Of a stretch of 36,865 nucleotides of DNA, positions 24,667 through 35,916 are shown piece after piece. The stretch spans positions 3,091,329 through 3,128,193 of the forward strand of contig NC_068982.1 in NCBI RefSeq assembly GCF_001194135.2, written 5' to 3'. Below the pieces are notes generated by a model that had not been told where the DNA came from, searched no databases, and worked only from the letters and a program-made list of their open reading frames with translations. Within the stretch, counting starts at the first letter, position 1; every line of letters begins with the position of its first letter. Position numbers and translations under genes: made by a program. The stretch is from Octopus bimaculoides (taxonomy: Eukaryota).

Positions 24667-26067
24667 GCATCTTTCCATCTCGAGAGACTGTGGATTTGCG
24701 CCCAAAGAAATCGTGTCAGCTGATGATGTCGCTGCAGAGGCCCACACAGGAGTGGTAGTCACGGGTATAGGGACTGCATTTGAAGGAGCTTTCTGCTGGC
24801 CTTATTGGGGTTTTTTCTTCCATCGACCGCAGTCTTCTTTTGAAGCGAGTTCCTGTTTTTCTTGCCTTCGCTTCATCTCCTTTCACAGTCTCCAGCGTGG
24901 GTGATCATTTGTGGAATCGAACTCCCATCTCAGGACGTCAAGATTTATTCACTTCATATCTCTCTTGCAGACGTCCTTGAAACGAAGGTATGGTCGTCTT
25001 GGTGCTCTTGTGCCGGTGACCATTTCCAGACAGAGGAAATCTTTTGGGATCCTCCCGTCCGACATGCGAGGTACATGACCGAGCCAGCGCAAGCGACGCT
25101 GCTGTAGTCGGGTGAGTATTAGGGGTACGTTGGCGCGGTTGATGACCTCGGTGCTGGTGATGCGGTCGGTCGACTTGCTTTCAAAGATGCGTCTCAAATA
25201 ACGAAGGTAGAAGACGCTGAGATGCCGCTCCTGTCTAGAGAAGAGACTGAATGCCTCACTGCCGTAAAGTAGTGTGCTGAGGACGCACGCCTTGTAGACA
25301 GCAATCTTGGTGTTTGCGGTCAGTTTTCTGTTTACTCAGACTCTCTTTGTGAGTCTGGCAAACGTGGAGGATGCTTGTCCAGTTCGCCTACTGATCTCAG
25401 GGTCCAGGCTGAGGTCGTCAGAAATGGTGGAGCCGAGGTAGCGGAATTAATGAACAACCCCCCACTTGTAGTTGCTGATGGTGATGGTGAGGGTTGCTAA
25501 CCACTTTGGCTCAGTACCTTGGTCTTCTCCAGACTGATAGTCATGCTGAATTCCTGACAAGCCTTTGAGAATGTGTCCACATGTGCTGCATTTGCTCCTC
25601 AGAGTGTGCTGTCAGTGCTGCGTCGTCCACGAACAGCATTTCTCTTTTAAGTACCTGGCGCAACGTGGATTTTGATTTCAGCCTCGACAAACTAAACAGT
25701 TTACTGTCTGATCTGGTGTGAATGTAAACACCATCGGTTGATGTCTCACATGCGTGTTTCAGTATAACTGTGAAGAAGAACAGGATGGGGGCAAGCAAAT
25801 ACCCCTGCTTCACGCCGCTACCTATGATGAATGCCTCAAAAGAAGAGCCAGCAAATTGAACGACGCTTTTCATATCGGTGTCAAGCGACTGGACAATCCT
25901 GAGGAGTCTTGAAGGACAAACAATCTTGGCAAGGATTTTGAACAGGCTGTCTCTATTGACTAGGTCTTCTCCTCTAGCCTTTGTGATTTCGATGAAGATG
26001 ATGAAGAGTGGTTGCCTTTGCTCTCGGCACTTCTTCTGTAGCTGTCGAAGTGAGAAGACCATTCGAT
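24666..26067 (-). mobile_element. RTE/BovB-like LINE: RT domain through 3' end (5' end lost at a gap)
   Basis: MVFSLRQLQKKCREQRQPLFIIF...GVKQGYLLAP...MLFVDDAAL...FRYLGSTISDDLSLDPEISRR...KACVLSTLLYGSE...QRRLRWLGHVPRMSDGRIPK...GTRAPRRPYLRFKDVCKRDMK. The 3' end TCCACAGTCTCTCGAGATGGAAAGATGCC is followed by (TAC)n. Several frameshifts and stops. Confidence 0.92.
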
Positions 26068-26276
26068 NNNNNNNNNNNNNNNNNNNNNNNNNNNNNNNNN
26101 NNNNNNNNNNNNNNNNNNNNNNNNNNNNNNNNNNNNNNNNNNNNNNNNNNNNNNNNNNNNNNNNNNNTATATATATATATATATATATAACAAGATTGGA
26201 AAATCTCATTCAATAAGAGATGAGAGTAGTAACTATACTGACAAGTTAATTGCTACATTAATATGGCTGTTCGACA

Positions 26277-26676
26277 TTACTACTGTTTTAAATCCAGGCA
26301 AATTTTACGCCAGCTGATGATAGATGCAGCCTGCACCCGCTGTATATTGCAACCAGGGGAGCGAAGTCCTACCATCCTCCAGCACACGACTGGATCGTGA
26401 AAACGACTGGGTTACGAACTATTTCTACCCATCCTCAGTCGTTAACACCCAACCGCTAGAGAGATGGCAAGAGTCCGCTCCAGCTCGCAATATATAGAAA
26501 ACAAAGCGACTATCGGTCACCTATAATGGGCAGAAACAGCCCGAAACCGAGTCGGTCTCACTATCTCGTCGACTGGATAGAAGGGGTTCGCCTCTCCTAC
26601 TTGCAATACACACATAGTTCAGGCTGCACTTATAACCAGCTGGCGCAAGATCTGCCTGTGGTTAAAACGGTAGTAA
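26277..26676. mobile_element. MITE (~400 bp) with 57-bp imperfect terminal inverted repeats
   Basis: 26277-26333 versus the reverse complement of 26620-26676 gives 46/57 ungapped identity. Termini are TACTAC...GTAGTA, flanked by ACAT on both sides (26274-26277 and 26676-26679). No coding capacity. Confidence 0.85.
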
Positions 26677-28503
26677 CATTGAATAACGATATATACAGAC
26701 AGACAGACAGAGACAGACAGAGAGGAGAGTGTAGGAGGGATGACGTCGTAATCTTGACAGAGAAACACAGATGACTAGTAAATGCGAATATCTGCAAATG
26801 TCAGTGCCATGTGTGTAAACGGAGGGATCGAGTGAATAAGGGACAATGCGATGAAGACGGTGATGAAATAATAATAACAACAATAAAATACTGAAAGTAA
26901 ACGTAACGGTAAAAAACAACAAAAATAATAAAAGTTTCAATAAAAACTTGAAACCTCAAAGGGTTCTGACAAAGAAAACAATCTTGGAAGACGTTCATGA
27001 AAAATAGCAATTCCTGGAATGGTAGACTTGACTCGAAAGAATAGCTTAAGTCATGTAAGAATCTGAATGTAAGCAGATAGAGGTGTTGTTGATGTGAAAG
27101 TAGTTTCGTTTACGGAGAAAGGAATATAAAGATGTGAGAAAGAAGAAAGAGAAAAACGAACAGAGAATAAATGTGATAGAAAATAACCGAAGAAGGGGGA
27201 AAAGTGAGGAGAAAATTAGGAAGTTAGGGAGAAGATAAGGAGGGAAAATATTGGTGTTGAATAAGGGTAGTAAGATAACAATATAAATAGAAATAAGCTG
27301 AAGATAATAACTGTGTTATATTTAACGACGGGAGAGAAACTATTTGAAATATAGAGATGATAAAAAAAATGAAAGGATAAAAACAACTTAAGAGTGTGCA
27401 AATCAAGTATGAATAGGAGGTGGGTGGCTATGTAGATAAATAAGGAGATAAACGGATACATTAAATAATACAAACGCTGGTCGAAGTACAGGAAATTCAT
27501 TAAAATGCTTCCTTTCTCTTCGTGTACACACATGCATGTACACATATATGTATATACACAGATAGCTCTTTTCTTTATGCACACATCATTTTGTGTGTGT
27601 GTGTGTGTTGTTCGTATTTTCATCGATTCTGTTATAAACATTTTGCTTTCATGGACACGGATAATATTTTGTTATAAATACCATGTTTTAAATAACAGAA
27701 ATACGTAAACAACAATATTCCCAAACTTCTGAATAGTGGAGGCTAGTCATCTCAATAGCAGCAAAGTCTTCTTCAGGACTGAGGACATTTTACTTTTGTT
27801 TGTAAGACAAAACGTACACGCACACTTACAAAGCCACACATACACACGTATATACATGTATAGCGGAGGAGGAGGGGAGAGAATGAATAAAATTTGGTCG
27901 ATATAAATATGCAGTCCTTTCGGCGTTTTCTTTATATTCTCTCTTTTTCCTCTTGCAGTTGTTTCTGTTTATTTTCTTTTGATATTTTCTGAAACAGTGT
28001 ATAAAGGTATTCGTGTCTTCATTTCGTGGCAATCTTATGTCATGTAAAGTAAAAATTGCTTTTTAAGGGTGATGAACAAGCTATTATTTCATTTTTGTTT
28101 AACATTGTATTTTCTATCTTATGATTGTATTATTTATTTCCTTTTAACTGCAAATAGGATATTTTTTTATTCTAACCTCATCTTGCGTGATCAAGCGACT
28201 CTTTATATTACGAATTATTCTGTAATCGTGCGAAATCAACAAAGCACACAGCTGAGCCTTTTTCTTTACAGCAGTCAAAACTATCTGTCTTCAATTTCTC
28301 TTGTTTCCACATCCATTATATCCATTAAAAATGTTCAGTTAAATAAATTATACAAAATACCATTATTACAAATATTTATTTTGTTTTTTAGTTTTTTATT
28401 TCGCTGATTTATTATGCTATAAAGAACATAAACCATCGCGTACTCTCAATAAATCGAATGAAATATGGTTTGTAATTTTTCAAGGCAAAATGTAATTATC
28501 ACT

Positions 28504-29181
28504 TCACCAACTGGAAGTCGACCGGATATTGTCTTTTAAGTGACGAATGTCGACTAATTTCTCCCAATTGCATTTTACAATATGTTCAGCTTTTGAGTCT
28601 TTTATCGTATCCAATTGAATTTCTTCGTATTGAATGCATAACCTGTTGGCTATTGGGCCCATAATACAGCTGCAAGCGTTACATTGTTTCCTATAAGACA
28701 CATTATGCATTTTTCTTTCAGTGTACTTAGCAAATATATTTTCTTTATCCAAAATCTAGGAAATGTATTCCCAGCCCAACTACATAGTGTTATAAAGCAT
28801 GCGTTGTACAAAAGTCAACAGTAAGAAAAGAACCGTTGTCTAAATTGAAAGGTTTTCAGTTATAAGGTCAAAGTAAGAACGCATCGCTACGTGGTAATTG
28901 CTTGAATAATAGTTGCCTCCTACAACATGATTTGCCATCGCTATATCATATTGACACCAAGTGTTCACACTGTCTGTATCTCCGACCGAATTAATTATCT
29001 GACTGTCAGAAGATCCTAGATTTGAAAATTTGTTTTGAGAATCAGCCAACAAATAAACTATATCCTTCAAATGCATCGAGGATGAAATGGTTTCTGTCTT
29101 CTCGTAGAAGGAATTCTGAGAGCTTTCCTGAGACATTTTGTTGGACTGTCTTTCTCGGAAGGCGAGTTTCCAACTGATATT
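28504..29181 (-). pseudogene. 226-codon frame broken only by three TAG stops; product unknown
   Basis: Track ORFs 28840-29136 and 28504-28752 share a frame. TAG at 28840-28842, 28780-28782 and 28756-28758. The upstream end is cut by a SINE tail. Confidence 0.3.
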
Positions 29182-29184
29182 TTT

Positions 29185-29385
29185 TTTACACTTCGACTTG
29201 CATCAATCATTAGATAGCGGCCTAGCCGGAGCACCGCCTTCAAGAGATTTAGTCAAATGAATCGACTACAGAACTTTTTTCGTTTTTTTTTTCTCCTGGT
29301 GCTTACTTTTTCGGTCTCTTTTGTCAAATTGCTGGCTTACAGTTGCACAAACCTTTTGTTAAGCTGTTGAGGGGGACAAACACAT
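29185..29385 (-). mobile_element. SINE 3' half, same family as 13068-13270
   Basis: Minus strand ...GACAAAAGAGACCGA...GTCGATTCATTTGACTAAA...GAAGGCGGTGCTCCGGCTAGGCCGC... Confidence 0.75.
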
Positions 29386-29455
29386 ACACAGAAACATGCA
29401 CATGCACATACACACACATATGCACACACGCACACGCATATATATATATATATAT

Positions 29456-29518
<63 letters not shown>
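29386..29518. repeat. Compound (CA)n/(TA)n/(GATA)n microsatellite at the Tx1 3' junction
   Basis: About 15 GATA units at 29457-29518. Confidence 0.95.
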
Positions 29519-30645
29519 TGTTTCTTTATTGGCCACACAGGGTTGAACTCAGAGGGGACAAAATACAAAATAGGGCTTTTCTTTTTGGGAAGAGAAGGAA
29601 AAAAAGGTGGGTTAGAAATTCGATTAAAAGGGATCGTTAAAAAAAAGGGCCGATCAGTAGGCATCGTGTATCATAGAAATGTCATAGTGTAAAAGGGGAA
29701 ACGAATTAGGTTTATCCGTGGAAAGAAAAGCCTACGGAAAAGACCACAGTAACCTCGGGCAATAATGTCATGCAAAAGTAAAAAACGCATTACAGTAAGT
29801 GACTCTCTTTTTTCCCTTCTTTTTTTCTTGGTTCATAGGATCATGCTCAAAGTGGCTCTCTCATTCACATGTGTTATCCATGCTACATTCACCCATCTTT
29901 TTTTGAAACATTCACTAGAAAAAACTTCCCTCTCTACTCTCACCTTCCTCTTCAAGTGATACTTGAAGAAGTTGATGAGAGATTCGCCCGAGAGGAAAGT
30001 CTTTGTCTCTAGACCTTTCAGCCGCGTCCACCATACACACTATTTCGCCATAGCCATAAGTAAGATGAAAATGGCTCTCCCTTCCCATTTCAAAGAAGGA
30101 GGCGCGACAATACTCACGATAGACTCGATTGATACACTGACCCATTCCACACGTCGTTCGGCATAGGCCCACATGTCGGAAATGGTTGGACACTGTACGA
30201 GTGCGTGCAGAACGGTTTCGTCGCTCTGACCGCATCTCGGGCAGGTCGGCCCCGTGTTTCTCGAGCCATACCTATAGAACGTATCCCGAAGTGGTAACGC
30301 TTCTCGATAGCACTGCCAAGCCAGGGATCTCTGGATGTTGGCCATAGGTGCCGGCCCGAAAGTCGTCTTGAACAGGCGGGTCAGGTTTCCTCGTCGACNN
30401 NNNNNNNNGGTTCGCCCAGGTTCGCCCCGAGATCGTCGTCGTACCTCCCCTCCACTAATCCTTTATAGAATGATTTGGTTGTGTTGAAGTCGCTCAAGGT
30501 CGACTCTGGGCGGCATAGTTCCTCGAGAGCAACCCGACACTCGCGGTGCCATACGCCTTTCCTCGGACTCTTTTTGATCCACGACTGCAGTTCGGTCATA
30601 GAAATGAGCTGCGGGAAAGCGCGGCGCACAAACAGCGCTAAACAA
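29519..30645 (-). mobile_element. 5'-truncated L1/Tx1-type LINE: ORF2 C-terminus (zf-RVT) plus 3' UTR
   Basis: TTKSFYKGLVEG...LFKTTFGPAPMANIQRSLAWQCYREALPLRD...GPTCPRCGQSDETVLHALVQC (CCHC)...FFKYHLKRKVRVERE...FKKRWVNVA. A T-rich UTR ends GTGGCCAATAAAGAAACA, then (TATC)n. Confidence 0.88.
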
Positions 30646-30720
30646 AAGTTTAGACGAACTTTATGACTGTTCTGTTTTTCTCTTTAGAAACTTATTTTTA
30701 TTTTTGCAAGCCAGGCAATA

Positions 30721-30797
30721 TTAATGTATGATTAATGTGTGATTAATGTATGATTAATGTATGATTAATGTATGATTAATGTATGATTAATGTGTGG
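30721..30797. repeat. 11-bp minisatellite TTAATGTATGA x7
   Basis: Seven units; two are variants (TTAATGTGTGA, TTAATGTGTGG). Confidence 0.95.
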
Positions 30798-31580
30798 TTT
30801 AAGCATCACGGATACTTAACTTGCACCTTCTGTAAGGAACCCTTTTTCGTTCTATGAGTGGCAATGATTAGACGCTTATTTAGTCATTTCATCAGCATGA
30901 TTTTCGGTAATGGTAAGAATCTAAAGAAGTAATTAGCAGTGCGAGTTGTATTTTGTACAGCAAAAGAGTGAATAGGCAACAACGATTCTATGATTGAGAA
31001 TGAAATGTGTTTGTCAAAAATAGAGAGGAACATCGGTAAAATGAGAGTATCTGCCAGCCTTGTATAAACGGCCAATGTGAGAATTAATATTAAGTTTATT
31101 ATATATTCCAATGGAGAGGATTAGAGTTTGAATAATGTTACAAGTGGAGGTTTACTGTTGTTTAACGCTTTCGATATTGTGAAAAGATATGGAGCCGCGA
31201 TAAATTCCTGAAGACGTTCGTGCTTGACTGTGGACATCGCTGCCGTTTCTTTCAATGCACAAAGTCAACGGAAAAGCCCCAGCCTCGCTGCACGGTTTGC
31301 TGGTAACATCAACCGAATTTCTTTCGTATCGTACTCTACTTTAATTCACAAGGGAGTACATAGTGGATAATGCAGGCTTAGCTACCCGAACCGAAAACAA
31401 AAGTGAGTTTGTCAAAGCTGGAATACTTTTGACTAGAAATGATCTGGGACTAAACAGAAACTGTATGCAATCTTAGAATTTATTTCCAACATTAAATAAT
31501 AGAAAAAAAAACATGCTGGCATAATTCATGTACAAGAGAATAATGTCTTCATTTACGAAATATTAATACCTTATTTTTAG

Positions 31581-31638
31581 ATACATGGATGGGTATGGAA
31601 TCCAAAGCTAATCCAGTTCCTGCCAATCTCTCAAAAAT
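31581..31638 (+). other. Candidate internal exon (58 nt)
   Basis: CCTTATTTTTAG acceptor and GTAAGC donor; two open frames (TWMGMESKANPVPANLSK; IHGWVWNPKLIQFLPISQK). Confidence 0.2.
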
Positions 31639-31771
31639 GTAAGCAAGTCAACGTTATCTACAGTCAAGCTGATTTTGAACGGCAATAGACTTCTTCGTAT
31701 ATAAATTTCACTCACTTTCTCTTTTCCGTTTTCTACATCACTTTCTATATTCATCATAGCCATATATATGA

Positions 31772-32156
31772 GGAGGCGCAATTGCCAAGTGGCTTGGGCA
31801 GCGGACTCGCGTTCTTAGGATCGCGGTTTCGATTCCTAAACCCGGCGTTGTGAGTGTTTATTGAGCAAAAACATCTAAAGATCCACGAGTTTCCGGTAGA
31901 GGATGGTGGCAAACCCAGCTGTACTCTTTCACCACAAATTTCTCTCACTCTCTCTTCCTATTCCTGTTGTACCTGTATTTCGAAGGGCCAGCCTTGTCAC
32001 AACCCGTGTCACGCTGAATCTCCCCGAGAACTATATTAAGGGTACACGCGTCTGTGGAGCGCTCAGCCACTTGCACGTTAATTTCACGAGCAGGCTGTTC
32101 CATTGATCGGATCAACTGGAATCCACGTCGTCTTGACCGACGGAGTGCCACGACGA
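31772..32156 (+). mobile_element. tRNA-derived SINE with 3' domain shared with 5651-5973
   Basis: Head GGAGGCGCAATTGCCAAGTGGCTTGG...GGTTTCGATTCC; 29-nt identity with 5885-5913; tail ...GACCGACGGAGTGCCACGACGA. Confidence 0.85.
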
Positions 32157-33019
32157 TATATCTGAACTTGTTTCAATATGTATGTATGAATATGTATGTA
32201 TATATCTATGGCTGGCATATATGCATGTGTTTTGTAAAAGCTAGTTCCATAGTTGCATCTGTGTCTGTATATATTTGTGTGTGTGGCACAAAGTGAAAGC
32301 TTACTTTAATCTTTAAGAAGACAACTCGTATTTCGTATTTGTGTAGACAACTCTCAATGAATCTTAGCATAATTAGTGATTTATGACTAGTTTTGTATCG
32401 TTGACCGATGATCGGCATAGGCAAAATCAATGACAGTATGATTACAACCTAGAATATTAAGGCGCCGATCTAATAACTTCGAGCCGGTTATCTAACGCTA
32501 CTGCCCTACCTAAACAGCTGACTGGCTTTCAGCAGTTATAGTGCTTTATAAATGGCATTGCATTCCTTCAAAGACTCTACCATTTCGATTACCTCTACTT
32601 GGAAAATAATAATAGTAATTATAAAGCGACAATTTAATTACGATTTAGACAGTTAAGTAATGTAACACTATTTAATAATAGTCTCATTAAATATTAATAT
32701 CCCAATCACTGATGGGGAGATTAAAGACGTTACTTTTATATTTCCTTTCAAACTTCAACTGACAGCTATTTGAATTAAATTCTGGCTTCCGTTAAATATA
32801 GATTAATAATTAATGCGAAACGAATAGAATTTATATTAGATATCGCTTAGTGTATTTAGAGTTTTTCTACACTATTCCTGTAATCTAAATTGCTGATTTT
32901 GAGTTAATTTGTTTATGTATGTAATATTAGGTTTACTGTTAATTCCTATTTTCTTTTGCTCAGTAAATTTTGTTTTAATTTTATGAACACAATGAAAGAT
33001 ACCCAATATACCAATAAGT

Positions 33020-33033
33020 TACACACACACACA

Positions 33034-33070
<37 letters not shown>
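33020..33070. repeat. (AC)n(GT)n self-complementary microsatellite
   Basis: ACACACACACACAC-GTGTGTGT... Confidence 0.9.
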
Positions 33071-34136
33071 ACATATTCATATGTGTGAAGGCGTGTCTGT
33101 TTTTGAGTATGTTTGCGTCTGTATGCACATGAATTAAGTTTAGAAAGTGCACCTCAGAGAAATCACCTATCATAAAATGCAACAAAATATAATTTGAATA
33201 ACTTAGTTGAAATTTAAAGTAATAAATTGTTATTATTTAGTTGTTTGGGAATCATAATCTAGACGTGTTAGTCCAAGCTTTATTCCGAGTTACACTTCGA
33301 CAATATGTTTCTTTCTTTTGTNNNNNNNNNNNNNNNNNNNNNNNNNNNNNNNNNNNNNNNNNNNNNNNNNNNNNNNNNNNNNNNNNNNNNNNNNNNNNNN
33401 NNNNNNNNNNNNNNNNNNNNNNNNNNNNNNNNNNNNNNNNNNNNNNNNNNNNNNNNNNNNNNNNNNNNNNNNNNNNNNNNNNNNNNNNNNNNNNNNNNNN
33501 NNNNNNNNNNNNNNNNNNNNNNNNNNNNNNNNNNNNNNNNNNNNNNNNNNNNNNNNNNNNNNNNNNNNNNNNNNNNNNNNNNNNNNNNNNNNNNNNNNNN
33601 NNNNNNNNNNNNNNNNNNNNNNNNNNNNNNNNNNNNNNNNNNNNNNNNNNNNNNNNNNNNNNNNNNNNNNNNNNNNNNNNNNNNNNNNNNNNNNNNNNNN
33701 NNNNNNNNNNNNNNNNNNNNNNNNNNNNNNNNNNNNNNNNNNNNNNNNNNNNNNNNNNNNNNNNNNNNNNNNNNNNNNNNNNNNNNNNNNNNNNNNNNNN
33801 NNNNNNNNNNNNNNNNNNNNNNNNNNNNNNNNNNNNNNNNNNNNNNNNNNNNNNNNNNNNNNNNNNNNNNNNNNNNNNNNNNNNNNNNNNNNNNNNNNNN
33901 NNNNNNNNNNNNNNNNNNNNNNNNNNNNNNNNNNNNNNNNNNNNNNNNNNNNNNNNNNNNNNNNNNNNNNNNNNNNNNNNNNNNNNNNNNNNNNNNNNNN
34001 NNNNNNNNNNNNNNNNNNNNNNNNNNNNNNNNNNNNNNNNNNNNNNNNNNNNNNNNNNNNNNNNNNNNNNNNNNNNNNNNNNNNNNNNNNNNNNNNNNNN
34101 NNNNNNNNNNNNNNNNNNNNNNNNNNNNNNNNATCA

Positions 34137-34283
34137 ATGAAGAATATTTCAATACAAATGTATTAATTTCCAGCAAAATAAAGCCCTATAAGGGTATATA
34201 TATATAAATTCAGAAGAGTGGTACAACAAGGCACCAATATTTATTTTGCTGGAAATTAATACATTTGTATTGAAATATTTTTC

Positions 34284-34285
<2 letters not shown>
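34137..34285. repeat. Near-perfect inverted repeat (40-bp perfect arms, 57-bp spacer)
   Basis: 34143-34182 is the exact reverse complement of 34240-34279; the match extends to 46 bp with one mismatch. Confidence 0.9.
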
Positions 34286-34317
<32 letters not shown>

Positions 34318-34355
34318 GTATGTATATGTGTGTGTGTGTATGTGTATGTGTGTGT

Positions 34356-34523
34356 ATACGACGAGCTTCTTCAGCTTCCGTCTACTAAATCCACTCACAA
34401 GGCTTTGGTCGGCTCCGGGTTGTAGTAGAAGAAGTTACTTGCCCAACGTGCCATGCATTAGGACTGAACCTGGAACCATGTGGCTGGAAAGCAAGCTTCT
34501 TGCCACACAGCCACGAGGGCGCC
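34356..34523 (-). mobile_element. tRNA-derived SINE with microsatellite tail
   Basis: CGTGGCTGTGTGGCAAGAAGCTTGC (A box)...GGTTCAGTCC (B box)...TTGGGCAAGT...GCCTTGTGAGTGGATTTAGTAGACGGAAGCTGAAGAAGCTCGTCGTATA; homologous to 22289-22431. Confidence 0.88.
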
Positions 34524-34738
34524 TATGTATCAAATTTCGGTGCAATGCCAGCAATTTCGAGGGACGGTGCAAGTCGATCACATCCTTACCATTGTTCCAA
34601 TCGTACTTACTTTGTCGACCCGAATGGATGAAAGGTAGAACCCGCCTCGCCGTTATTCGATCTCAGAACGTGAGGACGGACGACATACTGCTGAGCATTT
34701 TTCCCGACTTGCTAACGATTCTGCTAGGTTACCATCTT
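34524..34738 (-). mobile_element. tRNA-derived SINE, same head and core as 16757-16985 but a different tail
   Basis: CAGAATCGTTAGCAAG...ACGTTCTGAGATCGAAT...CTTTCATCCATTCGGGTCGACAAAGTAAGTAC...GAAATTGCTGGCATTGCACCGAAATTTGATAC. Confidence 0.82.
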
Positions 34739-34984
34739 AACGTATATTATTTAATATTGTTGATAAATTTTAGGTATAATAGTTTGGCATTAAAGTCAAA
34801 TTGTTTGTCACCGGTTTGTGGTAATCAAACGGAGATGTATATTTACCGACACCATTTCATCGCTCACACAATCGGGACATTTACGATTCGCTGACTTAAA
34901 ACTTAAGGCCAATCTTCTAAGACCGGAAGACTGGTCCGAATGCCGAATAATGGCAATAAAATTCACTCGCCGAAAGAAACACAT

Positions 34985-35067
34985 CTCACTCTCTCTCGCT
35001 CTCACCCTCTTTCTTTCACCCTTTCTCTCTCTCCCTCTTTGTTTCTTTCTGTCTCTATCTCTCTTTC

Positions 35068-35116
<49 letters not shown>
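34985..35116. repeat. (CT)n/CT-rich tract running into a gap
   Basis: Visible low-complexity repeat. Confidence 0.9.
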
Positions 35117-35916
35117 NNNNNNNNNNNNNNNNNNNNNNNNNNNNNNNNNNNNNNNNNNNNNNNNNNNNNNNNNNNNNNNNNNNNNNNNNNNNNNNNNNNN
35201 NNNNNNNNNNNNNNNNNNNNNNNNNNNNNNNNNNNNNNNNNNNNNNNNNNNNNNNNNNNNNNNNNNNNNNNNNNNNNNNNNNNNNNNNNNNNNNNNNNNN
35301 NNNNNNNNNNNNNNNNNNNNNNNNNNNNNNNNNNNNNNNNNNNNNNNNNNNNNNNNNNNNNNNNNNNNNNNNNNNNNNNNNNNNNNNNNNNNNNNNNNNN
35401 NNNNNNNNNNNNNNNNNNNNNNNNNNNNNNNNNNNNNNNNNNNNNNNNNNNNNNNNNNNNNNNNNNNNNNNNNNNNNNNNNNNNNNNNNNNNNNNNNNNN
35501 NNNNNNNNNNNNNNNNNNNNNNNNNNNNNNNNNNNNNNNNNNNNNNNNNNNNNNNNNNNNNNNNNNNNNNNNNNNNNNNNNNNNNNNNNNNNNNNNNNNN
35601 NNNNNNNNNNNNNNNNNNNNNNNNNNNNNNNNNNNNNNNNNNNNNNNNNNNNNNNNNNNNNNNNNNNNNNNNNNNNNNNNNNNNNNNNNNNNNNNNNNNN
35701 NNNNNNNNNNNNNNNNNNNNNNNNNNNNNNNNNNNNNNNNNNNNNNNNNNNNNNNNNNNNNNNNNNNNNNNNNNNNNNNNNNNNNNNNNNNNNNNNNNNN
35801 NNNNNNNNNNNNNNNNNNNNNNNNNNNNNNNNNNNNNNNNNNNNNNNNNNNNNNNNNNNNNNNGTGCAATTATTGTTAGTATCACTGTTAAAATTTTTTT
35901 TTTGGTTTTTTTTCAG

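Noticed and set aside
24307-24904. Poly-Leu, poly-Ser, poly-Val and poly-Thr ORFs
   Set aside because: Translations of the (AGT/AGC)n tail of the RTE element.
27060-27480. Purine-rich tract with hydrophobic antisense ORFs (also 22680-22860)
   Set aside because: Low-complexity AG-rich sequence; the Phe/Leu/Ser-rich ORFs are compositional artefacts.
28770-28870. ENLSI.TTVLFLLLTF as a Cys-loop receptor M2 helix (chemotactile-receptor-like)
   Set aside because: No preceding M1 helix or Cys-loop in frame.
30721-30797. 11-bp tandem array as a CRISPR-like or regulatory array
   Set aside because: Contiguous units with no spacers in eukaryotic DNA; an ordinary minisatellite.
30820-31340. Long minus-strand frame with few stops (SRVRYERNSVDV...IGRLYKAGRYSHF...) and ORF 30884-31111 with a hydrophobic N-terminus
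   Set aside because: No recognisable motif or splice support; cannot be distinguished from chance.
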